Shown: positions 13,656 to 24,665 of the stretch, one piece after another
Layout: every line of letters starts with the position of its first letter
Numbering within the stretch: position 1 is the first letter of the stretch
DNA from: Microthyrium microscopicum
Taxonomy: Eukaryota
Direction: 5' to 3'
Assembly (NCBI GenBank): GCA_010405405.1
Contig: MU004230.1
Coordinates: 3,568,627 to 3,632,626, forward strand
Length of the DNA: 64,000 bases
Notes under the pieces: model-generated
Databases searched by the model: none
Told to the model about the DNA's origin: nothing
What the model saw: the letters and a program-made list of their open reading frames with translations, nothing else
Position numbers and translations under genes: made by a program

Positions 13656-16382
13656 CTATTGAGCAGTAATAATAGGAGGCCCGAATCCTTCCTTCCGCAC
13701 TCGTCCCTTGATCTTCACAAAGTCCATCACGCACTTTTGATGCCTATTACAAGCGCTAGACCAGAACTCGCGAACCCGTCGGTCCTGCTCCAACGTCTCC
13801 GCATATCTCTCGATACCACCGTCTCTAATATCGCCGCTGGCTTCGAGGAGATTTGTTGCGGCCTGATTAGGAATACCTGTGCCGAACTTTGTTGCGTCGA
13901 CATGACGTGTTGCAAAATGTTGGATCATCTTGTCTTCGAACTGATACCAATAACCCATGTAGGCAGACATGTTACCAACGTGTTGCTTCCATTCCTCATG
14001 GGTCATTCGTCGACCTGTTGGAAGTTGTGGTGGCTGTGGAGCCTTTGGAATGTTTAGTGGCGCATTTGATGGAGCCGTTGGGTGACGATCTGATGTGCCA
14101 GAGTTAAACGGAAGCGATGTTGATAGATCTCCTATATCAACCGAGCCTGAAGCTGCTCGTTTGGTGAGGTTCGACTTGAGGTCGGCGAGATTTAGTGAAG
14201 GCGGTATCTCTTCCGGCGCGGAAGCTCCACCGGTAGTGGGACGCGAGCTAAAATTGGGTGGAGGTCCAGGCGGTGGAGGCGGTATATGCTGATTCGGTGG
14301 TGGGACAGCGTTTGGCACTGCTGAAGGCACTGCAGTTGGAATCGTAGGTTGGCCCAGAGGTATTGCGCTAGAGCCCGAAGCGACTGGCTTTGTCTCTAGC
14401 ATATCTCGCCAGTCTGCTCGCTGGGGAGCAGCTGGTACCATTCGCACATTACCAGAATCTGATCTACCAGCTCCGCGAAAGGGTGGAGTCATATCGACAT
14501 CAATGTCCATTGCATCAACGTCCTCTTTCGAACCGCCAGTGGATGCGGATCGACTCGTAGGCTTTCCGTCTCGATTCGCGCCTTTTGCGTCGAAATTGGG
14601 TCGGTCCGCAGTCTTTGACATTGTCCGAGGCCGTAGCGGCTTCCTAACAGTAGATGGTGGACGTGATTGTTGACTCAGATTGTTTATATCTGGTACAAAC
14701 AGTGACGGTTGTTTGAAATACTTGCCCCATTCCTCTGCCGAGAACTTGACAGGAGGTGAAGGGTTGGCAGGAGAAGGATTTACAGGAGAAGGTTGAGTTT
14801 CGCCTGCACTTGGAAAGGGTGTGTTGGTGTTTATTGGTACAGTATCCGAGATGTTGATATAGACCGGGCTCGTGGAATTTTTGCGAGACGTGCGCATGGG
14901 TGATGGTCTTGAACGGCTCGTTTGTGGTCCCAGTTGTGGCGGTCCAAAGAGATTATTCCCCTCAAAAACGCCTGTCCAATCTTTTGAAGCAAATGAGGTA
15001 TCAACAGGCTGTTTTCCATCCTTGTTAGGCGATACTGTCCATTTTCTCGAGGGCATCGCTACCTTCCGTGCTTGTGGTATATTGAAATTTCCAGTTTGTG
15101 CTTTTGCAGAGAATCCTGATGACCCACTCGAGGAATCAGACTCGGATAAATCAGAGACAAAAGGTTGCTTTCTAGCATTAGCACCTGGTGATGCTTGGTT
15201 CGAAGGGGCATTGTGTGGGCTCGAACTTTTGGCTCGAGGCGTTGTCTTCTTAGAACTGGGATTTGAACCAGCGGATTCATAGTCCGCCGCCATTCGTGCC
15301 TGGTCCTTAACACTCGTCGACCGTTGGAGAAATTCGGCTGCGCCCACACTAACCTTCTCTCCACCAGAACCTTGATATGGGGAACTTATCCGTTCACCAT
15401 AAGACATATCCTGGTCAACGTTTCTCATATTAGGAAAGGACTGGGGATGCATGTGTTCCGAGTGTCTCTTAGGCTTCGGTTGCGCAAATTCATCCTCTTG
15501 GTCATGTGTGGGGACGAAATTGGGAGGAAACATTCCATCGGTGTTTCCTTCTGTAAAGTGTGGGCGGGTTTTATAGGACGATGTTTGTTTAGCAGCGGGT
15601 TCCCAGAAATCGCCAGGAGCATTTGGATCGAACCCATTCTTACGGGGAGCTCTAGTCGTGTTGCTTCGATGTATTCCTGGATGAGCAGCACTTGCTCTAC
15701 CAAAAGGACCATGATTGCGATCAGCTCCTGTATCATCCCCAGATCCAGGTGTTGACGGTTGTGTTCCAGTGTTCGGCCGACTGTGTGTCTTGTTCATGTT
15801 TTGCCATGCATTGAAAACATTATCTCGAAGATTGGCATCATCCTTCGCTGCCGCCGGACGAGGAGGGTAGAATTGGGCAAATCTATTAGGCCCCGTAGGA
15901 TTCGTAAATTTACTGGCACCTGTAGGGGCCGCAGACGGTCTCGTCGATGTATTGTAAGGATTCTGAGGCGGCGGTCGGTTTGGGTGATTGGAGGCCTGAC
16001 GTGGAGGGGGTTGAGGTCGTGGAGGTGGTCGTGGAAAGGCTTGAGAGGGTGGTGGAAAATGAGCGGGTTGTGGAGGTGGTCTAGGTCGAGGTTGTCTGAA
16101 AGTAGAGGGATATGGGGAAGGTTTGGGCACGGCTCGGGCGCCATAACCTAATCGTTTGCGGTCGGCATCGTATTTTGCTCGTTGGTCAGGATCACCGAGA
16201 ACTTCGTGAGCGGCTTGAATGGCTTGGAATTTCGGGACATATTCGAGTTCTTTGCCCGGGTTGCGATCAGGATGGTATAGCCGGGCTAGTTTGCGGAACT
16301 GCTTTTTTATGTCGTCGGTCGAAGCAGCGGGTGAGACGTCAAGGTCAGCGTAATAATTACGCTTCGGGTCTGCTTTGACCAT
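13656..16382 (-). CDS. Class C J-domain (DnaJ) protein, 908 aa: N-terminal J-domain, long Pro/Ser-rich disordered region, helical C-terminal domain
   Basis: NYYADLDVSPAASTDDIKKQFRKLARLYHPDRNPG...FQAIQAAHEVLGDPDQRAKYD with HPD intact; no CxxCxGxG motifs; intronless ORF. Confidence 0.93.
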   Translation of the reverse strand: MVKADPKRNYYADLDVSPAASTDDIKKQFRKLARLYHPDRNPGKELEYVPKFQAIQAAHEVLGDPDQRAKYDADRKRLGYGARAVPKPSPYPSTFRQPRPRPPPQPAHFPPPSQAFPRPPPRPQPPPRQASNHPNRPPPQNPYNTSTRPSAAPTGASKFTNPTGPNRFAQFYPPRPAAAKDDANLRDNVFNAWQNMNKTHSRPNTGTQPSTPGSGDDTGADRNHGPFGRASAAHPGIHRSNTTRAPRKNGFDPNAPGDFWEPAAKQTSSYKTRPHFTEGNTDGMFPPNFVPTHDQEDEFAQPKPKRHSEHMHPQSFPNMRNVDQDMSYGERISSPYQGSGGEKVSVGAAEFLQRSTSVKDQARMAADYESAGSNPSSKKTTPRAKSSSPHNAPSNQASPGANARKQPFVSDLSESDSSSGSSGFSAKAQTGNFNIPQARKVAMPSRKWTVSPNKDGKQPVDTSFASKDWTGVFEGNNLFGPPQLGPQTSRSRPSPMRTSRKNSTSPVYINISDTVPINTNTPFPSAGETQPSPVNPSPANPSPPVKFSAEEWGKYFKQPSLFVPDINNLSQQSRPPSTVRKPLRPRTMSKTADRPNFDAKGANRDGKPTSRSASTGGSKEDVDAMDIDVDMTPPFRGAGRSDSGNVRMVPAAPQRADWRDMLETKPVASGSSAIPLGQPTIPTAVPSAVPNAVPPPNQHIPPPPPGPPPNFSSRPTTGGASAPEEIPPSLNLADLKSNLTKRAASGSVDIGDLSTSLPFNSGTSDRHPTAPSNAPLNIPKAPQPPQLPTGRRMTHEEWKQHVGNMSAYMGYWYQFEDKMIQHFATRHVDATKFGTGIPNQAATNLLEASGDIRDGGIERYAETLEQDRRVREFWSSACNRHQKCVMDFVKIKGRVRKEGFGPPIITAQ

Positions 16383-17616
16383 GGCTGGGCTGCTGATTCT
16401 ATAGAGCAGAACAGAACAGCATTGTGGAGATGTTTGTAGGAGAAAAGGAGTAGGCGATAGATGCTCGGTCGACGCGCAATGACGGAGCCCTGGAGGAGTG
16501 GTAGTTGGGCGCGGCTAGGTGGATGGACAACAGTCGCAGTCAGTCTGTGAGAGGGGACGCTTTTGGTGGTTTCTGCGGTTGATCACCCTGGCAGCGCCTT
16601 CCCTGCCAGTGACCGGCCCTGCCCGGCACTTTCCTGAAAGACAAGGATCCCCTGCCTAGACCGGCTTGCTGGCATTTCACTATCAACCTCATCTCAACTC
16701 CAACGACTCTCCCTCAATAATCATCAGAAGTCTACAACTTCATCACAGGTTGATATTACCACCTGAAGTTGCCTCTAAAGTGTCTCAACAGCGTACACAT
16801 GTACCTTGAAGCTCTGACCAACGTGAAAACCCTGGACGCCGTCATCTTCCAGCATCACCACACGATAGTCTCTCATCAATGATTCATCCAGACCGTACTA
16901 ATCATGTAGCTATTCAGTAAGGTGGTGTGCAGATTGCGTATCTTGTTCTTCTATAGGTTAAGGCTGCTTCGCAAATACTAATACTATAACACAAATGACT
17001 TGTCCGCTACGCTCAAAGCCCACCGGCCTCAAGAGGCTTTGACATCCTATAGTCATATCGTACTGCCAACCGAAGGACAAAACAAATGTCGCGCTCCCAT
17101 CAGCTTCGTTGGCTCCTATCGGGCGGCCTCCGCTACTTCTGTAATGAACTGCTCCATTTTCCATTGGATGCGAAGAAACAGTTGTAAAATATCGATTACG
17201 ATGGGAGTTAGAGAATATAATGTTTAGCAGCTGCGCTGGTAGACATCGCACTCGCTGGCAGCGCGCGATTCGTTTTGTCGGCCCGTCAACTGCTTCTGCG
17301 TTCTGAACTGTAAGCAGATTGACTATGGCTAAGACTCGTTGACTTTGCGTGACCTTGAACAATAAATCGCAATTACAGGCAATCTGTCATATGAAGCCGA
17401 AGAAAGATCAAGTCAGCTGCTTGCCAAAACATGCTCAATTCATATATGATATGCCTGACAGAACCTTCAGCTGGATCTCCTACCTCTTAAATTCAGCTTT
17501 TTATCCAATATTATGCTCCCGCCTATCTCTTTTGGCTGAGTTTATTTACATATCAACACGCACAGGCGAAACAGCTCTCATCAGCTGCACTCTGCAGTTC
17601 AGATATCCCAGTCACC

Positions 17617-17919
17617 ATGGCCCCAAGAGCCAATGGCACTAGAAAAGCTCATAAAAAGACATCCGTTCGATGCTCAGAATGCAATGACTCACAAACAAGA
17701 CAAATAGAGTGTGCTCGGTGCTTTGGGCAAGGATTGAAACCCAGTGCATGCCCTCTAATGGAAATCGTCGATGTACCTTGCTACTATGATGGAACACAAT
17801 TCAAGTGCGGTCGTTGCCGAGTTCATGATTACAGGATTGCCAAAGTACAATGTGATAAATGTCAGGGAGAAGGCGTGGTGACCGTTAACTGTTGGGTGTG
17901 CGTCGGGAGGGTGATTTAG
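17617..17919 (+). CDS. Stand-alone DnaJ-type zinc-finger microprotein 2 (100 aa, 12 Cys)
   Basis: CSEC, CARCFGQG, CGRC, CDKCQGEG, CWVC; CACCATGG start context; basic N-terminus. Confidence 0.78.
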   Translation: MAPRANGTRKAHKKTSVRCSECNDSQTRQIECARCFGQGLKPSACPLMEIVDVPCYYDGTQFKCGRCRVHDYRIAKVQCDKCQGEGVVTVNCWVCVGRVI

Positions 17920-18076
17920 GTCTTACGATTGAGAATAAGATCTGGTTCATAGTGAGATTGTCAGGAGTATTCGACACAGTTCCCATTTAATAAGTGTCGT
18001 CATTTACATCTTTGGAATTGCACCACACACTCGGATCTTGATCAACATGAACACTAAGTTCCATCGAGTTGACTAT

Positions 18077-18084
18077 TATATAAA
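18077..18084 (+). promoter_or_regulatory. TATA box upstream of zinc-finger microprotein 3
   Basis: TATATAAA about 124 bp before the ATG at 18208, followed by a pyrimidine-rich tract. Confidence 0.5.
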
Positions 18085-18207
18085 CCTGTCGCTGCGCTAC
18101 TATTTCAAATCCAAACATAATCCTTTCTTCCATAGTCTTCTCTATTTTGAATGCTCATAAATTTTAGTTCCTATAATTAAGAGCCTCAGTTTCCTGTCAA
18201 CCTCAAA

Positions 18208-18492
18208 ATGGGTACGAGACGTAATGAAGGAGCGCCAAATTGTAACCGTTGCCATGGCACAGGCTGGGTGGATGTTTGCTGTGACAATTGTAACGGGAGC
18301 GGAAAAGCTAAGGTGAAATGTGAGGAGTGTGAAGGAGGAATAGTCCGTACCGGAGAACACGAACACGCGTGGAAGAGATGCTCAAACTGTTATGGACATG
18401 GCTTCATATTACCGAGTCCAAGGGTCTGTACGATCTGTGAAGGGATAGGTAAGGTCCCCAGGAAATGTCCTAGATGCAGGCCTCGCGGTTAA
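18208..18492 (+). CDS. Stand-alone DnaJ-type zinc-finger microprotein 3 (94 aa, six CxxC)
   Basis: CNRCHGTG, CDNCNGSG, CEECEGG, CSNCYGHG, CTICEGIG, CPRC; CAAAATG start context. Confidence 0.85.
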   Translation: MGTRRNEGAPNCNRCHGTGWVDVCCDNCNGSGKAKVKCEECEGGIVRTGEHEHAWKRCSNCYGHGFILPSPRVCTICEGIGKVPRKCPRCRPRG

Positions 18493-18899
18493 TAGCTTGA
18501 TTACCGTGAATTCCCTATCTCCTAGAGACCAGTAATACTTGGGTCTTTGAGTAGTGTTTTCAAATCTTTGTTCTTGGGAGCGAATATGGTAGGCGCTGGT
18601 TACTAGCACATCTCTTCCTTACAAATATTGACGGTTGAGTGTTGAGCCCAAGTAGTCATATATTGTAAAATCTGTATCAGGGGTTCATGATAAACTGCCA
18701 ACCAGGTTCATAACACTGGCTGAAGGCTGCTTGAAAAGGTAGCTTGTAGAATAACAGCCACTAGGTACCTACCGTAGCGCGCGACGGGCAGTAACAGAAA
18801 TCGACTAGTAATCATACTATTATGCTTTTTTTGCAGAAAATATATGTTGCTTATAGTGGTGCATCGTGCGCACTCTTTTAAAGAAGTATTTTTTGATAA

Positions 18900-19440
18900 G
18901 AAAAGCATTCTTTGAAAACATCATTTTCTAGCCATGTTTCAATCATGTTCTAAGAGCCAAAAAAAAGGCAATAAAGTTAAATTGTGTTAGAGATAAGGAG
19001 GATTAAGAAAAACTACTTTATTAATTTTTATTTATTACAATTCGAACTACAAATAAGGCTAGATCAATACACTACAGCTTAGTCAGGCGAGGCAGAATTA
19101 CGACTACTTTTTACTAGGGGTTTCACAATAATAAAGAAGAAATTACCAAGCTTATGTATATAGCCCCCATTTTATTTAGCTTATATACTTTACTCTTTCG
19201 TTCTTACTAACATCCTATCGTGCCTTCTTCATCTTTAGTTATAAGCGCTTTTATTCACAGAACATAAGATCTACTCAAGACATCACATTCTAGAGAAGAA
19301 TAGGCTTCTAAAAAAAGTTCAAAAGGTAATGTAGTTTCATCAAAAGATCAAGTCCTTTACTCCCCCCTCCACGCTACGGTACTTAGTGTAAGCCAGATTT
19401 CAAGCTCTTATGAAGTTCTTTGTCCCTTTTTACTTTACGA
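18900..19440. mobile_element. Short, moderately AT-rich degenerate repeat remnant, possibly Copia-derived
   Basis: Local TpA enrichment, no ORF; the minus strand near 19330-19360 reads like a frameshifted Copia DLIF/DE motif; boundaries unclear. Confidence 0.25.
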
Positions 19441-19671
19441 GTGTTGTCGGATGCCTAGACCATAGACACCATTGATGTTTGGTGTTCAGTGGCCTTGAGA
19501 CATTCACCGCTTCTCTGTCTTTCTTTCATTGAATCTTTGTCCACTGAGATGTAATGCAGCCAATAGTGAGACTTTGCAATAGTTCTGGCACTGCGAATGG
19601 AACATTTATTGCTATTTAATAGATTCTACTTCCACTGTTCCCTAAAAACTTCCATCTTAATTCCAGTTGTA

Positions 19672-22600
19672 CACTAAAATACGAAATGTCATTGCTAGCC
19701 ACCCTCCCTCCCTACATATGTAAATAGCGCAATTTTTAGCTATTCCGCTAATTATAGGTAAAATAGCCTATGAAGCTAGAATTATAAAATTCTAATTATT
19801 ACTAGCACTAAATATTAACTAGGAATTTTAATATTATATTATAACATTAGTATACTAAAAGTAGGTATTTTAGTAGCTATAATAATTAGCTTCTTCTAGT
19901 CTACTATAAGGATAGTATCTAGTCTTCTACCATAGTATCTAATACTCTACTATAATATTTTAAACGTAGCTAAAGGGATACTATGTCTTTATATATAAAA
20001 TTCTTAATATTAAACTTATATAAGATATAGCCCTTTGCTATTATTACTATTATTATAACTTCTTTATCTCTTTATTAAATTCTATAGCGATTTAACCCTC
20101 TTATCGCTCAAGATAGGTTAATTAGCTAAGAATATTATTGTTCCTACTTACTAGAGCTCTTATAAACGTACTATAAGCACTATTGCTATTACTAATACTA
20201 CTCTTAAAGCCTCTACTAAGATTATTATTCCTTTAACACTTACCTCTAGCTACCCCCTTCTACTACCTTAAGAATCCTCTTCTTTAGACCCTTTAATTAA
20301 ACTAGAGACTTAATTTCTTAACTCTTAAGCACTAGAATCTTAACCCCTTACCTTTAAATCTAACTAATTAGAGGCTAAGAACGCTATATCTCTTAACTAC
20401 AAAGTTATAATTAAATATAATATAAAGGTACAGGATAAGGGCAATATTTATAACAAAGAATTTACTTATTAGCACCTCTATACTATTAATTTTCTTTATT
20501 AGGTATATAAGAAGGTTATTAAGAAGTAAGAGAGACATTTTGCTATTAAATAGCGTCCTTATTATTAATATAATGTCTCTTTAATCCTTTAAATATATAT
20601 TATACATAAGGAAGGGATATTAAGAAGAATTACACTAGATTTTGCCTATCCATTACTTAAACATCCTTCTAAAGATAAAGGAAACTAATTTAATCCTCTT
20701 AATCTAAAGATAACTAGTTAGTACTTAAAGTTCTTTTATTAATAGCTAATATTTATTCTTATCCTAAATTTTAAAGGCTTTTAGAATATTATAAATATTA
20801 ATAATCCTACTAGAGCTTTAACTTCTACTATAACGCAAGAACTAGCTTCTTAATATTTAGGAGCTACCTAAATTAATAATCCTTCTACTACCCTTCTAGA
20901 TAACAATTAAAATCCTTCCCAAAATACTACTAATAGTAATAGTATCTTAGATAATAAGGTCCTTAAGAAGTTATTACAACTTATCCTAAAGTATACCTAT
21001 AAATACTAAACCTACCCTTACTATAAGAAGCGTACCTATTAGACTAATAATAGGCATAACTACTACACTATAGATAAGGAATTACTTACTATTTAGGCTA
21101 TAGAATAGGCTAATAATACTCTAAATATTAACATCTTAAGGCTGTTAGTAGCTATTTATAACGTTATTTAATAGCAGCAAGTTCATCATCCTAGACCTAT
21201 TTAATTAAGTAGCAATTCCCTCTCACTAATCATAATCTATAATTATATTAGTTTAGCATTAGAAGTAGCGCCAATAGCTTCCTTAGAGCACCTTTATCTA
21301 AAGATATGCCTTAACACTAACGTAGTTCTTAAGCTAAAGGGGTTTAAATCTTAGGCCCTTAACAAGATCGTTAGTAGTAAAGAACTAGGTAATCTAATAA
21401 CAATTAAGGTCCAAAAGCTGTTTAATATAATACGATCTTACTTTATATAACTTCTTTACCTTAGAGAGAAGAATATTACTTAGTTCTTACGGTTTAATGT
21501 AATTATAAATAAGTTCCTTTTAGGTAAACTTCGTAATATTGTTAAGCAGTAGTGAGCAGAGGATTAGATGACTTAAATATACTCGTTTGCTATAGATAGA
21601 CACTTTATATATATAGAGAGTATTTAGATTCTATAGTTTTAGTATTTTTTGTATAAAATTTAACCTTACCGTCATTTAATACGACCTAATTCTTTAATCT
21701 AGCTTTACGATATTAAGATATAGTTATAAATCTTACTATAGTAATTATAGATTCCTTAAAACACGTAATGCGCTAAACTACTATAGGTAGCTACTAGATT
21801 ATAATAGGCCTTAGCGTAGGGTACTAAGATATAATTTAACATAATAGAACTTAGATTCTTTATAAAGTACTAAAGCTATAAAGACTTTAACTAAAACTAT
21901 ACTTCATTACTATAAGATCTCTATAACAAAAAGGCTAAATTTAATTCTAAAAAAAATACTCTAGTCTAGATAGGCTATCTAGTATATACAAAATAATTTT
22001 TTACGCATCTTTTATCCCTTCCTTATATAAGAACGGCTTACTTAAAAACCTCCTCAAAAAGCTAGAACTTTTCTTTACGATTTCTTCCTCTCTTAAAGTC
22101 TAGTTAATACCGCTTTAAGTAAGACTTAATATTACTAAATAAGGCTTTAATTAGATTTAGGTCTAGCAAATATAGTAGTAAATATTCTAATTTAACCCTA
22201 TGCTAGTTATAAATATCCTATATATTACTATTGTAATAAAAAGATACGTTATTTATAATAATAACACTATAAAGAGTAGAGTAGTAGCTATAGAGAGGAA
22301 GAAGCCTATTATCTAACTACTATTTAAAGCTAAGTCTATCTAAATTTGCTATATATTTATCGTAATTAAGAAGGCTATAGATAGTATAAGCTAGAATTAG
22401 GTTTAACCTCTTTATATAATCTAATTACTTACAAGACTTATAAATAATACCCTATAGGCTCTATCTAGTATAATAGCAAGTATCTAATTTACTACTATTA
22501 CTCTTATCTATAAATACTAGCTATTTAGTATTATATATTAACATACGTTTAAAATATGCATCTCATTAAAGGCTATAGCGTTATTAAGCAATCTCTTTAA

Positions 22601-23358
22601 CCTAGAAGAAGTAGAATTAATATAGGAATTACTAGGAAGTAATATAACTTACTCATTTCTTTATCTAATTAACTTACTATAGTTCCCTCTTTACTATAGC
22701 TTTACTATAGTTAACGTTAAGCTTAAGCTATAGTAATATTAATATTTTATTAAGATAATAAGTTTCCTTTAGTGCTAGGATCTTTAGCATAAAATTGCGT
22801 ATAGCGTTAGATATCTTTAGGACGCAACTAAGAATAAATTTAAGTTATTTAATATACTCGCTAGTAACTTCATTAAGACGTTTATAATAAAGACGTACAA
22901 TATATCTAGAAACCTTTATATATTTAGTAATAGTAGTACACGTTTAGCCTATTTAAAGCATTATAATAATAGCTTGCTATTAGTAGTTCATAATATAACG
23001 TCCCTATTGTAATCTTACTAACTTCATTTTAAGCTATTTCTAATTAAATAGGGTCTATAATAACAGGTTAGGATAAGAATAATTAATTTATATATAAAAT
23101 AGGTAAGAGAATATTAAGGGATGTCTAAATAGACATGTTTAGATTAAGAGCTTTTAAACAGTAGCTAAAACACCAATATTGGCATACTAAAAGTAGTATG
23201 CTACTTTAATATTTAGAACGCTTAATAGGATAGTACGAAATAGCCTAATTTTCTACCTCCCAAAGCTGTAGGCTATTTTACGTGTGATTGGTGGAATTTG
23301 ATAAAAACTACTATGCAGGGAGGGAGGGTGGCTGGCAATGACATTTCGTATTTTAGTG
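19672..23358 (-). mobile_element. RIP-inactivated Tc1/IS630-type DNA transposon, 3687 bp, ~47-bp TIRs, TA target duplication
   Basis: TIR CACTAAAATACGAAATGTCATTGC(T/C)AGCCACCCTCCCTCCCT(A/G)CATA at both ends, flanked by TA (19670-71, 23359-60); minus strand ~22110-22200 reads VKLEYLLLYLLDLNLIKALF, a RIP-mutated LPPYSPDLNPIE DDE motif. Confidence 0.9.
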
Positions 23359-23502
23359 TAATTCGACACTCCCGAGCGATCATAATTATCTTGACTTCGT
23401 TGCCTCTTCTGAGCACTCAAAACATAGCTTCTCGTTTCAATCTATCCCAGCTAGATCCATCGGCCCAACAACGCCATTGCTAATCTCTCCGCTGCCGGCA
23501 AA

Positions 23503-23757
23503 ATGGTACAACCCCGTTGTGAGAACTGCGATGCTACCGGTCGTGTCGAATCGACCTGTAATCGCTGTGCTGGTGGTGGCCGGATATATAGGAAGATCCA
23601 GGATAAGTGCGCCGAATGTCCGTCTGCCTCTCACTGCGACAATTGCACTAGGGATGTGTACGAGCATGTCGGTGTTTGCACGAAGTGCAATGGTCGAGGC
23701 GAAGTCTCGTGGCTTTGCCCACAGTGCAAAGGGTTTGGACTCTTAGGCTTTCCATAA
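23503..23757 (+). CDS. Stand-alone DnaJ-type zinc-finger microprotein 4 (84 aa, six CxxC)
   Basis: CENCDATG, CNRCAGGG, CAEC, CDNC, CTKCNGRG, CPQCKGFG; CAAAATGG start context. Confidence 0.85.
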   Translation: MVQPRCENCDATGRVESTCNRCAGGGRIYRKIQDKCAECPSASHCDNCTRDVYEHVGVCTKCNGRGEVSWLCPQCKGFGLLGFP

Positions 23758-24318
23758 GTCACAAGCTCTAGCCAAGTTCTGGCGTGTCAGTGAGTGACTG
23801 AACTTGATAGAATCGGTATGAGCATGCTGACAATGACAGAACCATGGATCTTCTTACCTTATCAGCAACGGGGAAAACTATCAAGAGTCTGGTTGCGTGT
23901 CTGGGGTAGCAGCTTGTTGAATTGGAAGCTGGTTGGGAGTCTCTAGGTTGATATGGGTTGCTGTTGCTGATTGACTACTCTTTGCTTGTCTGCATCAGCA
24001 AACTGTGCTCTTCTCACTTGATCTGCATGTTTTATCTGTTTGAAACTATTGGAATATAAAGAACTGTCATGCTGTCATTTATCCCAGTGAAAGCTCGCCC
24101 TTGTATTCCATTCGCTACCAGCTCCAGTCATGCCACTTCCTGTATGCCATTCAACACCTCCGTTCAGCTCACATGTCGACTGGTCAACAACATCAAAAAA
24201 ATGTCTTGCTGTTGGCTAACACACTCGCTTGATCTCTCAGCTTTAAAACACCTTGAGCCTCATTTCACACTCGCTCTCTCCTTCCGCCCATTCACTACTG
24301 AAGACCACGGAAGAGATC

Positions 24319-24665
24319 ATGGCTTAAAGAAATCCCGCTAGTTCTTGCACTTGTAGTTGCACCAGATGCAAAGGCAAGATGATTATCGACCAACCATGTC
24401 CTGAATGTGATGCTCTGGGCTGGAAGCTGGAGCACAAGCGCTGTGCTTGCCCTATCACTCCGCTTATCACTGCATCCGGGCCAGGTCAAGTCGAAAACAA
24501 GGTGGGGCATGACCTCCAAACTTCATTGTCAGCTCCATATCAGGATCCAAGACCCGATTGTCCTGGTTGCCATGGTACTGGCACCTACTCAGATCAATCA
24601 GTGTGTCAATGATGTTGGATACTGGCATGATCAAGATGGCGTGTGATGGAGTGGGCCGTACTTAG
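24319..24665 (+). pseudogene. Disrupted fifth zinc-finger microprotein paralog
   Basis: ATG GCT TAA, then in frame CTRCKGKMIIDQPCPECDALG...CPGCHGTG...CQ*C; a 1-nt frameshift restores DTGMIKMACDGVGRT*. Confidence 0.7.

Noticed and set aside
13659..16378. Many overlapping antisense or alternate-frame ORFs over the J-protein and other genes
   Set aside because: Shadow ORFs of GC-rich coding sequence with no motifs
16650..17362. Intron-like signals and short ORFs upstream of the J-protein gene
   Set aside because: Could not assemble a coherent gene model or recognise any protein motif
18241..18255. CxxCH (CNRCH here; CPGCH near 24560) as a c-type heme attachment motif
   Set aside because: Both sit within CxxCxGxG knuckles where His fills the variable position; absent from the other paralogs; no targeting signal
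19672..19676. Terminal CACTA suggesting a CACTA/EnSpm element
   Set aside because: The target duplication is TA and the internal motif is the IS630/Tc1 PPYSPDLNPIE type
12490..23757. Microproteins as secreted Cys-rich effectors or metallothioneins
   Set aside because: No hydrophobic signal peptides; Cys are in CxxCxGxG knuckles with aromatic and beta-strand spacers, unlike CxC/CC-rich metallothioneins
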